Assembly (NCBI RefSeq): GCF_008831285.2
Contig: NC_045138.2
Location: forward strand, 4,712,001-4,776,000
Direction: 5' to 3'
Origin: Nymphaea colorata
Taxonomy: Eukaryota
Length of the DNA stretch: 64,000 nucleotides
Part shown: in pieces, positions 1 to 11,270 of the stretch
Position numbering within the stretch: the stretch's first letter is position 1
Layout: every line of letters begins with the position of its first letter
The notes under the pieces: generated by a model
Database searches by the model: none
The model's input: the letters and a program-made list of their open reading frames with translations, nothing else
Told to the model about the DNA's origin: nothing
Position numbers and translations under genes: made by a program

Positions 1-319
1 TTTCTTAAAGGAAAAAGGTCATTTTTAGTATGTGTACCGATTCAAGCCAAAGGAGATTGCATTTGTCATTTTTACATGGTACCTGCTGGTATTCACATAA
101 CCGATGTTTGTTTTCAATCACCCCAAAAAAAATCAGAGGATCATTCTGGGTAAGTTAAAGCAGCTAGACAAGACTCTGTTGATGCATAAAAGGTACGCCA
201 GTTCAGTTCAACAACATTTCAATTTACCAGACCCAAACCAAACAAGAGGGAGAGGAAGAAAGAAGAGGCATATGTAACCAAAATAATTAATTACAATTTG
301 TCTTCGATTTTCAGTAACA

Positions 320-3300
320 TTAGCTATATATGTGTAATCTTTTCCCAAGATGGTCGATTAACTCCTGCGGCAGATGGAGTGCAGGACATCTGAGAATTGT
401 CAACGATTGAAGGTTGGAGACGCAGGCGATCTGTTGTTGCTGTGCATCAGAGGGACATGTTGTTCCATTTTGTTGTTGTTGGGCAGTAATAGTATTATTC
501 ACCTCCACCACAGACTTCAGATTGGGGAAGTACCAAAGCGCTAGGTATCTCAGTTTGGGGAGGCATTGCCAGTGGCCTCCCAAGCTGATGTCCTCGGAGA
601 AAGAGTGTAGGTACAATACCTCCAGTTGAGAGAGACCCCACACCCACTCAGGCACCCTTCCCCATTTGAGCCCATCAACATTTGTGTTGTCTCTCAAATC
701 CAGATGTTTAAGGGAGTATAGAAATGCCGATACTTGTGATGGCAATGGCGATGGCACTAGTACTGTTGATTCTGAATCCAATTCTAAGTAAATGAGGTTA
801 GGCAGTTGCTCCAGCAATTTCCATCCCAATCTTGCACTTGGGCAATTCCTCACTGTCAGCCTTTGGAGCCCTGCCAACTCATCACTCAAGCCTTCCATCT
901 GCATCTTTGGACAATTTTTAAATATCCCCTTTCTTAAGCATGGCATAGAAGTAAATGTTGTTTCCCAGTTGGGCAAATTAGTCACCTCCAATTCCTCAAG
1001 TGAAGGAAGGCGAGTAGGGAGCTGCTTCAAAATGTTCAGGTCAGACAACTTCAACGTCTTTAAAGCTGGCATGTGATCATCAGCTACTTGCTCTACCCTC
1101 CCACATCCCTTCACCTCCAACGACTCCAATGCTGGCAAGTCACCTATCGTGTTGAGCCCATCACACCACTTAATGTCCAAGGACTTCAGCAAAGGAATGC
1201 TTGGCAATGCACCCAATGTTGGGCATTCTCTGACCTCCAATTTTTCCAATGATTTAATTCCTATGACTGTTGCCCATGATGGGCAACTTAGCAGCGACAG
1301 TGTCCGCAGCTTCTTATAATTGGTATCCAAATACCACACAGGCCCATCTCCTTTATAACCACAAATTGCCAACCTCTCTATGCCATGCGGAGGCTCCAAA
1401 GCCTCCAGCAAACCCCTCTCTTCAAAAGCACTACCCACTCTTTCATCCTCTTGCTCCTCAAAATAAATTTCCGCTTTCTCAAATTTTGGGAACTCTAAGT
1501 CCAATTCCAAAGCCCCTACCAATCTCCTGTGTTCAGTAAGGCTACCGAAGACCAATTCCACACCATTTAGCTCATGCCTTTCCTTAAGATGTACCTCCTT
1601 TGCATCCATCACTTTCACCCTTCCCCCCTGCAAACCTCCAATTGACAATTCCCCCTTTAGTTTGTTCAAGTCTTTTAGTTCATTAATATTGCAACCTCTT
1701 GTCTTCCCTTTGTCATCGCATACCATAAACCTATGCAATGTCCGTAAATTAGTAAGCTTCCCCAGGCCTTCAGCTACAAATCTCAATGACCTTGTCCCTT
1801 TCAGGCCAAGATACCTCAAGTTGCACAGTTCACCCATTTCCTTCGGCAATTCTTCAATTCTACTTTGACTTAAATCTAATGTTTGCAAGTTATAGAGTCT
1901 ACCGATTGAACTGGGCAACCATCTCACGTCAGAATAGCTTAGATCAAAATATTTTAGCAGTGAAAGGTCTTCAATGGACTTTGGCAGCTTATCTCTGCTA
2001 TATTCCCTCAATGACAACACCCTCAACCACTTGAAATTGGTGGTTAAGCGTTTAATATAAACCAAATGCCAGTTTGACTTGGAACCAAAATTGGAATCGA
2101 CCAACAATGTGTGCAGCTTATTTGCTGCTCCCGAGGCATTAAGTTTGTGCACTTCTGCATCATCTACACCAAGTAATGATAGATGGCGGGTGTGCTTAGT
2201 AGTGGAGACATGGCTATATTCCTTTCCACCTATATATAAGGCAAGGTCATGCAAAATGTCATGCAATTTGATATTCTTGTATTCAGTTTCTTCAATCATG
2301 AACCGGTTTGTCAGATCATTAATCCATTGGTTAGCAGTCACTTCCACATCAATGCCTTTCTTTTGGCCAATTAATCCATGCGCCATCCATTGCATGACCA
2401 ATCTATGTCTTTTTATCTCATAATCCTTTGGATAAATGCAACAATATACAAAGCAACTCTTCAAATAATGCGGCAAGTCATCGTAGCTCAGCATGAGACC
2501 AGGAAAAATGCTTCCACATATTTCAGAGGATGATGATGAGGCAGGCATCTTCCATTCCCAGATCTCACTCTTCTCAACGCTTTCCCAGTCATCCTTCGTC
2601 ATCCTTTTTGTACGCATTAAGGATCCCACCGTCTGGACAACAAGTGGAAACCCACCACACTTCTCCACTATTTTCACCCCTATAATTTTCAAGTTGTGAC
2701 TCTCCAATTCATGTTCTTGTTTCAATGCCACATGCAGAAACAAGCTCCAACTTTCGTCGAAAGACATTTTTGGCAATTTATGCATTTTAGCACCAATCCC
2801 TTGGGAGACTTCTACTTTTCTACTGGTGATCAAAATCTTGCTCTCTTTTGCACCTCCCAACAGGATGCCCTCTACCTCTCCTTCCCACCAACCCAATTCC
2901 CATACATCATCTAAGACCAATAAGAACTTGCTCATTGACAGCTCACTCTGTAATCGTGTGCACAAATCACTGAAGGAAGTGACACCCTTAAGGGTTTCTC
3001 CTTCAAATTCCTTGCATACCTCAATTAGTATCTTTTGCAGCAAACCCGTACGATTTGGATTCTCTGAAACACAAACCCACCACCTGCGTTTTCCAAATTG
3101 TTTTTCAACTTCATTAAAAACCATTTTTGCAAGAGTTGTTTTCCCAATCCCGCCCTGACCTACAATGGATACAATAGAAACACCATCTTTTCCTGGCACA
3201 CTACTCTCTGTAAAGCCTTGAAACAAGAGTTCTTTTACTTTCTCTTTATCATCCACCCTTCCCATGGGAGGCTGTGCAGTACTTGTGAGATGGGTTGTCT

Positions 3301-3817
3301 CTCGAGGATTGTCATGTTCACCACCAACAGGATCCTCACTCTTAACTTTTGGTGTTGTGTTGAGCAAATCCATCATTTCCTTACGTTGTTCTATTTTATC
3401 AAGCTTTTGGTTGATATTTTTAATATCATTTGCAAGTTTGTAGGAAGCAGATACATGTTCCTTGAAGCAAGAACACATAGTGGTCCAGGGCTTGCTTACC
3501 TTGTTCCATGAAGTTATAGGATGCTTGTCACTTTTGCAAAGTGCAATTGTGGTTTGGTATCTTTCGATTATGTCCTGGGCATCATACAAAACGTCCTTCA
3601 GCTCTGCCTCTAGATCTCTGTTGCGCTCGTTGCTGAAAAATGGCTTTCGCTCCACGACTTTGATGGTCTTTTGCAAGCGTTCCAGCTTCTCCTGGAGCTT
3701 CTCGAGTTCGAATTTGGCATTCCGGATGAGGTCCACCTTGTCTTTCAACAAACTCGTTACAGACTGGAACAGATTAGAAACAGCTGCTTCTGCAAGTGCA
3801 TCGATTACTATTGCCAT
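320..3817 (-). CDS. CC-NB-ARC-LRR (CNL) disease-resistance protein, intronless, about 1165 aa
   Basis: Open frame from ATG 3817 (MAIVIDALAEAAVSNLF; the ORF track start at 3871 is a TTG). Rx-type CC with EDVID-like DAQDIIERY, P-loop GQGGIGKTT, kinase-2 LLVLDDVW, RNBS-B SKILITSR, GLPL variant CGGFPL, RNBS-D CFVYCCIYPKDY, MHD variant KLHDILHDLA, then many LxxLxL repeats. Confidence 0.96.
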   Translation of the reverse strand: MAIVIDALAEAAVSNLFQSVTSLLKDKVDLIRNAKFELEKLQEKLERLQKTIKVVERKPFFSNERNRDLEAELKDVLYDAQDIIERYQTTIALCKSDKHPITSWNKVSKPWTTMCSCFKEHVSASYKLANDIKNINQKLDKIEQRKEMMDLLNTTPKVKSEDPVGGEHDNPRETTHLTSTAQPPMGRVDDKEKVKELLFQGFTESSVPGKDGVSIVSIVGQGGIGKTTLAKMVFNEVEKQFGKRRWWVCVSENPNRTGLLQKILIEVCKEFEGETLKGVTSFSDLCTRLQSELSMSKFLLVLDDVWELGWWEGEVEGILLGGAKESKILITSRKVEVSQGIGAKMHKLPKMSFDESWSLFLHVALKQEHELESHNLKIIGVKIVEKCGGFPLVVQTVGSLMRTKRMTKDDWESVEKSEIWEWKMPASSSSSEICGSIFPGLMLSYDDLPHYLKSCFVYCCIYPKDYEIKRHRLVMQWMAHGLIGQKKGIDVEVTANQWINDLTNRFMIEETEYKNIKLHDILHDLALYIGGKEYSHVSTTKHTRHLSLLGVDDAEVHKLNASGAANKLHTLLVDSNFGSKSNWHLVYIKRLTTNFKWLRVLSLREYSRDKLPKSIEDLSLLKYFDLSYSDVRWLPSSIGRLYNLQTLDLSQSRIEELPKEMGELCNLRYLGLKGTRSLRFVAEGLGKLTNLRTLHRFMVCDDKGKTRGCNINELKDLNKLKGELSIGGLQGGRVKVMDAKEVHLKERHELNGVELVFGSLTEHRRLVGALELDLEFPKFEKAEIYFEEQEDERVGSAFEERGLLEALEPPHGIERLAICGYKGDGPVWYLDTNYKKLRTLSLLSCPSWATVIGIKSLEKLEVRECPTLGALPSIPLLKSLDIKWCDGLNTIGDLPALESLEVKGCGRVEQVADDHMPALKTLKLSDLNILKQLPTRLPSLEELEVTNLPNWETTFTSMPCLRKGIFKNCPKMQMEGLSDELAGLQRLTVRNCPSARLGWKLLEQLPNLIYLELDSESTVLVPSPLPSQVSAFLYSLKHLDLRDNTNVDGLKWGRVPEWVWGLSQLEVLYLHSFSEDISLGGHWQCLPKLRYLALWYFPNLKSVVEVNNTITAQQQQNGTTCPSDAQQQQIACVSNLQSLTILRCPALHLPQELIDHLGKRLHIYS

Positions 3818-5719
3818 CTTCTCCGGTTTCTCAGTAGGTGGAAGAGGAAGAGGAAGAGGATAAATTTTCAAGTGGAGGGGAAGAAAGGCAAAGAACTAAA
3901 GATAAGGAGCAAGTGGCTGACAATTACCATTGACTTGAAGGCTTTGGCCCTCCCCTAATAAAAATCTAGCTGAGGGACTGGGTAACTTTAATTTGCTCCA
4001 CCACCACCACATGATCGTCTTGCCAGTAGATGCAACAGCTCTTCCCCTGCCTTCAATTTACAAAACATGACAGCAAGTGGTTTTAACGTTAAAAGACATC
4101 CAGCCCTTGGGTTCCACGCTCTTTGGCCAATTTCGTACTGACTCTTTCTCTCATCAGTAGGGTGACCTGTTTTTTCTCTTTAGTTTGGTGAAACATGTTT
4201 ATAATACTGGAGCACATCACAAAAATACTCAACTATACATTTTTTTTTATCTAGTTGCACTAAAGAAGAAATTAAATTTGTTAATTTATTTGCTGCTAAA
4301 TAAATCTGGTGGGAAGATCCCCAACCCAAGCCTTCTACATCTCTTAGAGTTCCCCATTTCAGGTTCATAAGATTTGTTAGTCTTTTGTTTCTCTGATTTT
4401 ATCATGTAAAAATAATTTGATATATACAATCCTGAAACCAAATGTATTTCCATATTGGGTAAGACCATACTGTAGCTACAAACAATTCAATGGAGAACAA
4501 GACGATAAACAACAGGCTGGCAAGGAGAGGAAGAAGATAAACAAAGTTAGGTCCGCCACTGCAATTGGAATTAGTGGAGAGTACATAACCAGCCCATGTG
4601 CCCTACAGGCTGGCAAGATCCATGAATTGTCGGATTTCTTATTGTATTATGTAAAAGGTTTGGATGCATGATTTTTTTTTTTCAAAATTCAAAACTTTAT
4701 TTAGCCCATCCAAGTTTCGTGATCTGACCATTGACTAGAACTACAAAGATGATGATGTCCCCATGATGACCATTACAGAGTGTTTCATGTTTAGGATCAG
4801 GAAGGTTTCTCTAACAATAGCAACAGAGCATGATCAAGTGGCACCAGCTACCCAAGGTTGGCTCAGACCAATTACATAGCCAGGGCTGGGTGTTGTTACT
4901 AGTCTTTTCAGCTATTTCTTTTCAAGTGGGCTTTCTTGATTTCATGCAAAGGGGGCTGCAGTTGAGGGTTTAGAACAAGTGATGCAAGAAGCAAAATCCA
5001 ACAATAACCCCCAAAAACGATGATTTGGGCTCACTGTTCAAGCAGGTATTTACAGCACTTCATTTTTGTACACAGATGTATGTATGAGAGAAGAACAGAA
5101 AAAATCAGAGGCCACTTTCTCCGGCAAGCCATCAGAAAGCTCCAAGCGGAGTAAGGTAGTTGGTCGGACTGACAGGCCAATGAAACTTCGGTATTAGTTT
5201 AATTATTATGGAGTGCTACTGCTGGGGACTGCAAAAGATGGATGCATGACACTTTAGTTGACATATACACCGCTCTTCAAGGTATTTGAATAAACTAGAG
5301 CAAAAAGAACAGATATGCAATGAATTAAATTCAAACCAACCACCAGTAAAGAACACGCAGTGTGAGAGCAATAGACCAAGGGTGTTTTTATAAACTAAGT
5401 AAAAAAGAAGCAGTTGTGAAATGAAAATCCATAGTATCCACCAGTCAAAATGACAAAGTGACTAGAACGCCATTTTCTTTATGATAGACCAATGGTATTC
5501 TAAAGCAAAAAAAGACAGTTATGAAATGAATTTAATTTTTAGTGTACCTGATTTCATTGCGTAAAAACAAGTCGGATATATGACATTGATTCCTAATTTA
5601 TTTCGATCTTGGGTGTACTTTAGTGTTAAATTTAAACTTGGGTGCAAAAATACATATTGAATCCAATAGCCACATTCAAACTTTGTGATCATCCAAAGAT
5701 TGGCATAATGTCATGCATT

Positions 5720-5752
<33 letters not shown>

Positions 5753-5827
5753 TAGAGACAGAGGTGTAAATGAGTATGCAAATTGATTATATCAATTCAT
5801 GAATGATAGGCCCCATAAAAGAGCAGC

Positions 5828-6180
5828 AATTTTCAAGTGGAAGAAAAGAAAAGCAAAGAGTACTAAAGATAAAGACGAGATTGCCGACAATTACAATTAA
5901 CTTGTAGACTTTGGCCCTTCCCTCATAAAAATCAAGTTGAGCGAATGGGTCATTTTAATTAGCTCCACCAACACATGGTTGTCTTGGCAGTAGTAGAGAA
6001 TAGATGCAACAGTTGTTAACCTCCCATTAATTTAGAAAACATGACAAAAAGTAGTTTTAATATAAAAATGACATTAGCCGTCTTCATGCACCCGGTCGGG
6101 GGAAGTAAGCCATTTTTCACTAGCCCTAGCCCTTGGCTTTATGCTTGTCTTTGATTCCATGCACCACTCTTCTTCACCTA
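5828..6180 (-). repeat. Diverged duplicate of the NLR 5' leader/promoter region (3863-4160) with no coding sequence attached
   Basis: Colinear matches such as aattttcaagtgga, ctaaagataa, gacaattac, ctttggccct, aaaaatc(t/a)ag(c/t)tgag, gctccacca, tagatgcaacag and aaaacatgaca. A shorter third copy lies at about 33325-33440. Confidence 0.75.
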
Positions 6181-6654
6181 AAATAGATAAATCCAGATTA
6201 TGATTCTTGTAATTACCCTAAATTTTTCAGAAGCCTATATTTAGCAATTTTTAAACATTTTATAGCAAACATTTTTTGATAAATTTTTGCACAAAGATTG
6301 AATTTCATGACCCTCATTTTTTTGATAAATTTATAACAATTAAAACAGGTGATCTTAAGTTCTCATGTACCTGTCACTCTTTTTTCTTTTCATACCTATA
6401 AATTTGCACCTAATTGGACTTCATATGTGGAAGACAAAATTTAAAAAATCTGGCTGGAATCTACCTTTTTCAATTGGACGGTGATGAATTGCATAAATAG
6501 TAGAGTGCTCCATCGATTTAGCACTCCATGAAGTTGTTCTACCTTCGCATTTTCGCAACCGCATTTTTTATGTAACAACAATACAATAAAGTCATGAGTA
6601 AGATTGATGGTGCTTATTCTTTTCAGAAGTAGAACTAATTAATTTAACTAATGG

Positions 6655-7059
6655 TAAGGTTGTTCAATGAGTCGAGCTAACTCGAGCTCGACTCTAGCTC
6701 GCTCGATAAACTTGACTTGTACTCGACTCACTTATTAAACGAGTCGAGTTCAAGTTAAGAAATGAACTCGACAACCTAAATGAGATGAGCTCGAGTTAAG
6801 TGTGCTCGGCTCGGTTAAACTCGATTAAGCTCAAGAAAGAAAATATGTAATATACAACTCATAAAATTATCAAAAAAAGTAGATTTCTCAAATGGGTATA
6901 CATGTGATTGGTATGTGGGAGGTTCCATGTTAAAGTTTATATGCTGCCTCTTACTCAAGCCGAGAGGAGAGCTCAAGCTAATGAAATAGAATTTGAGTCG
7001 AGCTCGAGCCAAGTTTGAGCTGGCTCAACTCGGCTCGAACTCGCTCATGAATAGCCCTA
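6655..7059. mobile_element. hAT-type MITE (CTCGAG/GAGTCGAG-rich family)
   Basis: Termini taaggttgttcaatgag...ctcatgaatagcccta; 8-bp TSD actaatgg/actattgg; many ctcga/tcgag subterminal motifs. Partial relatives at about 16745-17045, 25246-25360 and 53800-54218. Confidence 0.75.
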
Positions 7060-7523
7060 ACTATTGGGAAACAGTGAATGAATAGTATGTGCATATACAA
7101 AAGCAAGGTAAGTAATTTTTTTTAGACTTATATTTTGAAGAAAAAGAAATAACTGTGAATTGGATGATCTGTACTAGATGATCTAAGGAGTTCAATGGTA
7201 AGTTGTTCATATCTGGAAAAAGGTAATGGACTTTTTTTCATACTTGAACCCTGATGGTGAGGCTATATAGGTGATCATGACAGTAATTGGAGTTGAAATA
7301 TTCAGTCATTGAAATTTCAGTTATTGATACAAAAACATGCGCATTATACATTGAAAAATGCATATTCTTTTATATCCAAGTGCATCCTTAATGTGTTTTC
7401 GTCTGCCAGATTCCTTAGTCAAGTTAGGTGTAGTTTACACAATTAGTTTGTCTTTGAATAGAAAGTTTCATTTATATGGGCCACTTAGTTGATCAATATA
7501 ATTTGCAAAAGTTTTTTGATTAT

Positions 7524-7560
<37 letters not shown>

Positions 7561-7566
<6 letters not shown>

Positions 7567-7655
7567 TTGAAGTTCCAACTTTATTTGGAGCACCTTGAGA
7601 TTGTCTGCGGCATTCAAGCAGAAGCCCACCTTTCTGTTCCAGCAAACCAGTTGTA
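7561..7655 (-). pseudogene. Relic of an NLR coiled-coil N-terminus
   Basis: With one frameshift it reads ITTGLLEQK/VGFCLNAADNLKVLQIKLELQTL, which aligns to TSLLKDKVDLIRNAKFELEKLQEKLERLQKT of the intact NLR. It is cut off by the (TA)n tract at 7526-7562. Confidence 0.55.
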
Positions 7656-8399
7656 ATTTCCAAAATAATAGAAATTTATCATTTCCAAATGGTTGAGAGA
7701 ACAACAAAGAGGAACAGGTGATGGTAGGACATTTTTGTTTTCTATTATTGATTTACACCTTATTTTTCAACTGCTGAATTGAAAACATCAAACAATAAGA
7801 TTGTTCCTTATCTAGCTGACATTTAACTATCTGGCACCTACCAATTTCTCTTTATCTCTCTCTCTCTCTCTCGTGATATATATTATATGAGTGAGTGAAT
7901 AATGTCTCTGGTTGTGTAGAGTCATCTAGCGACCTAACCAAGGTCGTTCATCTGATGCAGATGAATGGTTGAGAGAAAAACATGGAGAAAAAAGTGGGTA
8001 CATATATTAGATAAAAATTCCCATCATGTTTTTCTCATTGGTTTTCTCTTAACTGCCAATCATGATGAATTAAACAGTTCTAATTAGATGGCTGAGTAAT
8101 TTTAAAAAATTAGAGTCGCCATGCAATTTTAACATTGCTTGTACAAAGACCCAATTGAGTGTCCACTTGGATGCCCATATTCTTTTTTTTTATAGAAAAT
8201 AAAAATAAAAGAAAGAGACACTTGATGCTCCAAAGGGGATGAGCATAATGTGAGGGAGTTTTGCATGCCACTCCATGTATATAATGAGTGTAGGATGGAT
8301 GTGGACTCTACTACCAATATGTACATTTGCTTTTATGCCCAAACATTGCATGTGCATATGTGCGAGATAACAAATAGGTATTTAACAACAACTAAAAAT

Positions 8400-8590
8400 G
8401 AGGTAATGTTAATGAGATAACAAAAGATTTACAAGATAATGAGATAATGAATGATAATGACAAACATAAGTATGAGATAACAAAGAATTTATGAGATAAT
8501 GAGATAATAGATAGATGTATGAGATAATGCTAAACATAAGCATAAGATAATATTTATGAGAAAATAAAATATCTATCAAATAATGTTATA
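8400..8590. repeat. Low-complexity array of ATGAGATAA(T/C)-like units
   Basis: Repeated gagataat/gagataac and aaacataag motifs. Confidence 0.7.
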
Positions 8591-9894
8591 AACAGAACAT
8601 AAAAATGAAGACATTTTTTTTTACTACTTAAAGGAGTGTATTTGTTATGACGATATGTATAGACAGACTGACAAATTTTACTTTTATCAAATCCTCAAAT
8701 ATTTTTTTTATAGTTTCTTTGTTTTATCCCAACAAAAATTTTCTTTTTGTTTTAATCATTGGCTTTTTTCATACTTAATATGACACACGAAAGCAGTGTA
8801 TATAACCAGCTTCGCAAACCCACCCCTCATCCCTCTTTTCTTTCTTTGTTCATCTTAAAAGAAATTTGAGATGTATTGCACACGTGAGAAGCTGGAGTAT
8901 GTAGACTTTGCAAAGCAAAATTAACCTCTGGTGGGATCATAAAAGTTTTTTTCGTTTTGTCAACCAATCTTTCTGTTTCTTTCTTTCCTAAGTTCAGCCA
9001 CTCAATATTTTGATCTTTTACGTTTATTTTTCATTCTAAAATGTCCATGGCGGTGGTTTAATGGTTCATTTTTATTGTTTTCCTTGTTTACTTTTCAATG
9101 AAAAACATGGTTAAGGTGTAGCTAGAGGTTGAGCACGAGCACCAGAAGGATAAAATTTTCCATTGTTTTAATTTTTGAAAGGTTTGATGATTCTCTAGTA
9201 TACATCTCCTTTTAGCTTTGTTCCTAAATCCTGGCGCAGTAGTCATTCTTTAGCAGCCTCAACTGTTGGCTACCCACGATCTCCATGGATGTATCTTGAT
9301 GGATAACAGAGTTTCCATTCTTTTTCCTCAGTTCCGTAGTCTATTCTCTCATCTGCACTAGATTCCAAGCACATAGTTTACTTTCTCTTCCCCAATTGTA
9401 GATGTTTCTGTAACTGACATGAATTTCCCATCAGCGAAAAAGACAATTCTATGTTAGTGATGATAAACTAGCACTAAGAGCTATTTAATTTTCTTTCCTA
9501 ACTTGTCAAAGGACGAAGCACCGGAACACCAAGCAAAGATCTTTCAATTTGGGACAGCTAGGGAAAAAAAAGCCTAGGGAGAGAGTGACCAGACCTGTGA
9601 ACTGTGTTAAAAAGTATTTATGTAAAACTCTTAATGCGTTTACAAACAATAAATTTAATATAAATTGTGTTTTAATTCAAGTTATTTTTGTAAAGAATCG
9701 GTATTTTCTACTATCCAAATTTTGGTGTTACAAGAACTGCTCATTTTTGGATTACTAAAAAATATTACTAAAGTAAAAAAAAAAAACTTAATATATTTTT
9801 CTCAACAAATCATGATTCTTAGGATCATATCTATAAAGTCAAATTGCAGAAATGCTTCAATAATTAGTTTTAATGGGTCTAAGTTTTATCCCTT

Positions 9895-11270
9895 ACCCCA
9901 AATGGTATGGTTTTTACCAAGTTCTCTTCTTGATACTCTTGAGCCCTACTCCCCCTTCAAGAATGGGCTTACAAATCCTGGCCCAGGAGACATGGTGCAC
10001 AAGTCTGGCATCTGAGGATTCATCCTAGAGGAACGCAGCCATAGTGGAGTTCAATTAGTTGACAAGAGCAGCATGAATGTAAAAGAACACAACTCCAAAA
10101 CTGTATAACATGGCTCAAAACGTTCTTTATAAGACTCAAATCTTCCAGCGAGAGAGAGTTTCTCGATCATCCAATGGGACAATTTCTTTGTTACCTTTGT
10201 CCAGCGGCGGTGAGCATAAATCAAAGCTTAGGCTACCCGTGAATAGAGGAAGGTCTAAATACGTGGTGGAACGGAGAATGATGCTCCAACCTCTGATCAC
10301 TAGAGGGTCCTGGAAATAACCCTGAGTTCCCTGCAGTCTAACAATGGAGTTCTTGGCGTGCCATCCTCTGATTATCACGCGGAGAAAAGCGGTGTTGTGG
10401 TCATTCTCTCACATCCAATTTATTCTGGCGTTCTGCCTCCAAGAGCTTTCCTCTTCCAGGAAGGTCGGCTGGAGCTCTTTCCTAAGAGTAATCAGTCAAC
10501 TGTTCGCTCCCGACGAGCCATGTTCCACCTTGGACTGGGCCACATCAAGGGCAGCCAGCTTTAAGACTTGCAATCCTAGTGCCAGTGCCATTCGGTGTGA
10601 TACGGTTGCGGGGAAACGGGTGCGGACACGGTACATGGTAATTTTCACAATTGTGAGAGCGGACACGGCAAATATTATATTCTAAAAAATGATAAAAAAG
10701 AACATTAAAAATCATAAAAGATGCCAAAAACATATAAGCAAAGAATCTCATGTTGGTCTAAGTTGTAAACAGAATTTGGAATTATAAACACCTGCCGTGT
10801 CCGGGTGCCCGGATCGCCATATTGACACGCCGACACGGGTACTCGGCTTATTTTGAAGTGTCCGTGTCACATAGGCCATGAGTGTTGAGCGCATTCTGCT
10901 AGTGAGAGAGTTCAGCCTTGACGATTTCAAGATGTTTGCACCAAACGAATCCCCAGGCACCCAAACAGAGGGTTGCGCCAAACCTTCTCCACCAGCTGAC
11001 CACATTCGGCTCGAGAAGACCAGTGCCTGAAATACCGAAACAAGCCGGCTCTGTGGCCGTGATGGGTGGGGCGGCTCACCTTGAGAACAAGAAAAAGGGA
11101 TCCAAAATTGATGAGTGGAAATTACTTAACCGCATGATGAGCAAGGTCCCAGGCTCCCACGATGCGAGCTATGCTTGCACAGCAGGATGCATTGGTAAGC
11201 GCCTTATATCTCCCGAGAGAAGAGAGCCACTGGAGGGATCTGATTTCCTCGATTTTGGTGTCTAGAATGA
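9895..11270 (-). mobile_element. Degenerate L1-type LINE ORF2 fragment, RT core deleted
   Basis: Motifs in LINE order: LFRYFRHW..ECGQLVEKVW (post-endonuclease), EEESSWRQNARINWM*ENDHNTAFL, TTYLDLPLFTG and VSWARICKPILEGGVGLKSI, with stops and frameshifts. The 3' part is repeated at about 35150-35410. Confidence 0.8.
10583..10876. mobile_element. Probable MITE nested in the LINE fragment (ends approximate)
   Basis: Interrupts the LINE reading frame; cggacacg/cgtgtccg motifs in inverted arrangement around an AT-rich core. A similar partial copy lies at about 12195-12530. TSD not resolved. Confidence 0.5.

Noticed and set aside
3818..3871. 18-aa N-terminal extension MKIYPLPLPLPP of the NLR ORF
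   Set aside because: Starts at TTG and translates a (CCTCTT)n leader repeat; the first ATG at 3817 gives a normal CC start.
414..3958. Many + strand ORFs overlapping the NLR
   Set aside because: Antisense shadows of the NLR reading frame with no recognisable motifs.
8400..8590. Short-repeat array considered as CRISPR-like or a GATA enhancer
   Set aside because: Eukaryotic context, irregular degenerate units and no unique spacers; regulatory function cannot be supported from sequence.
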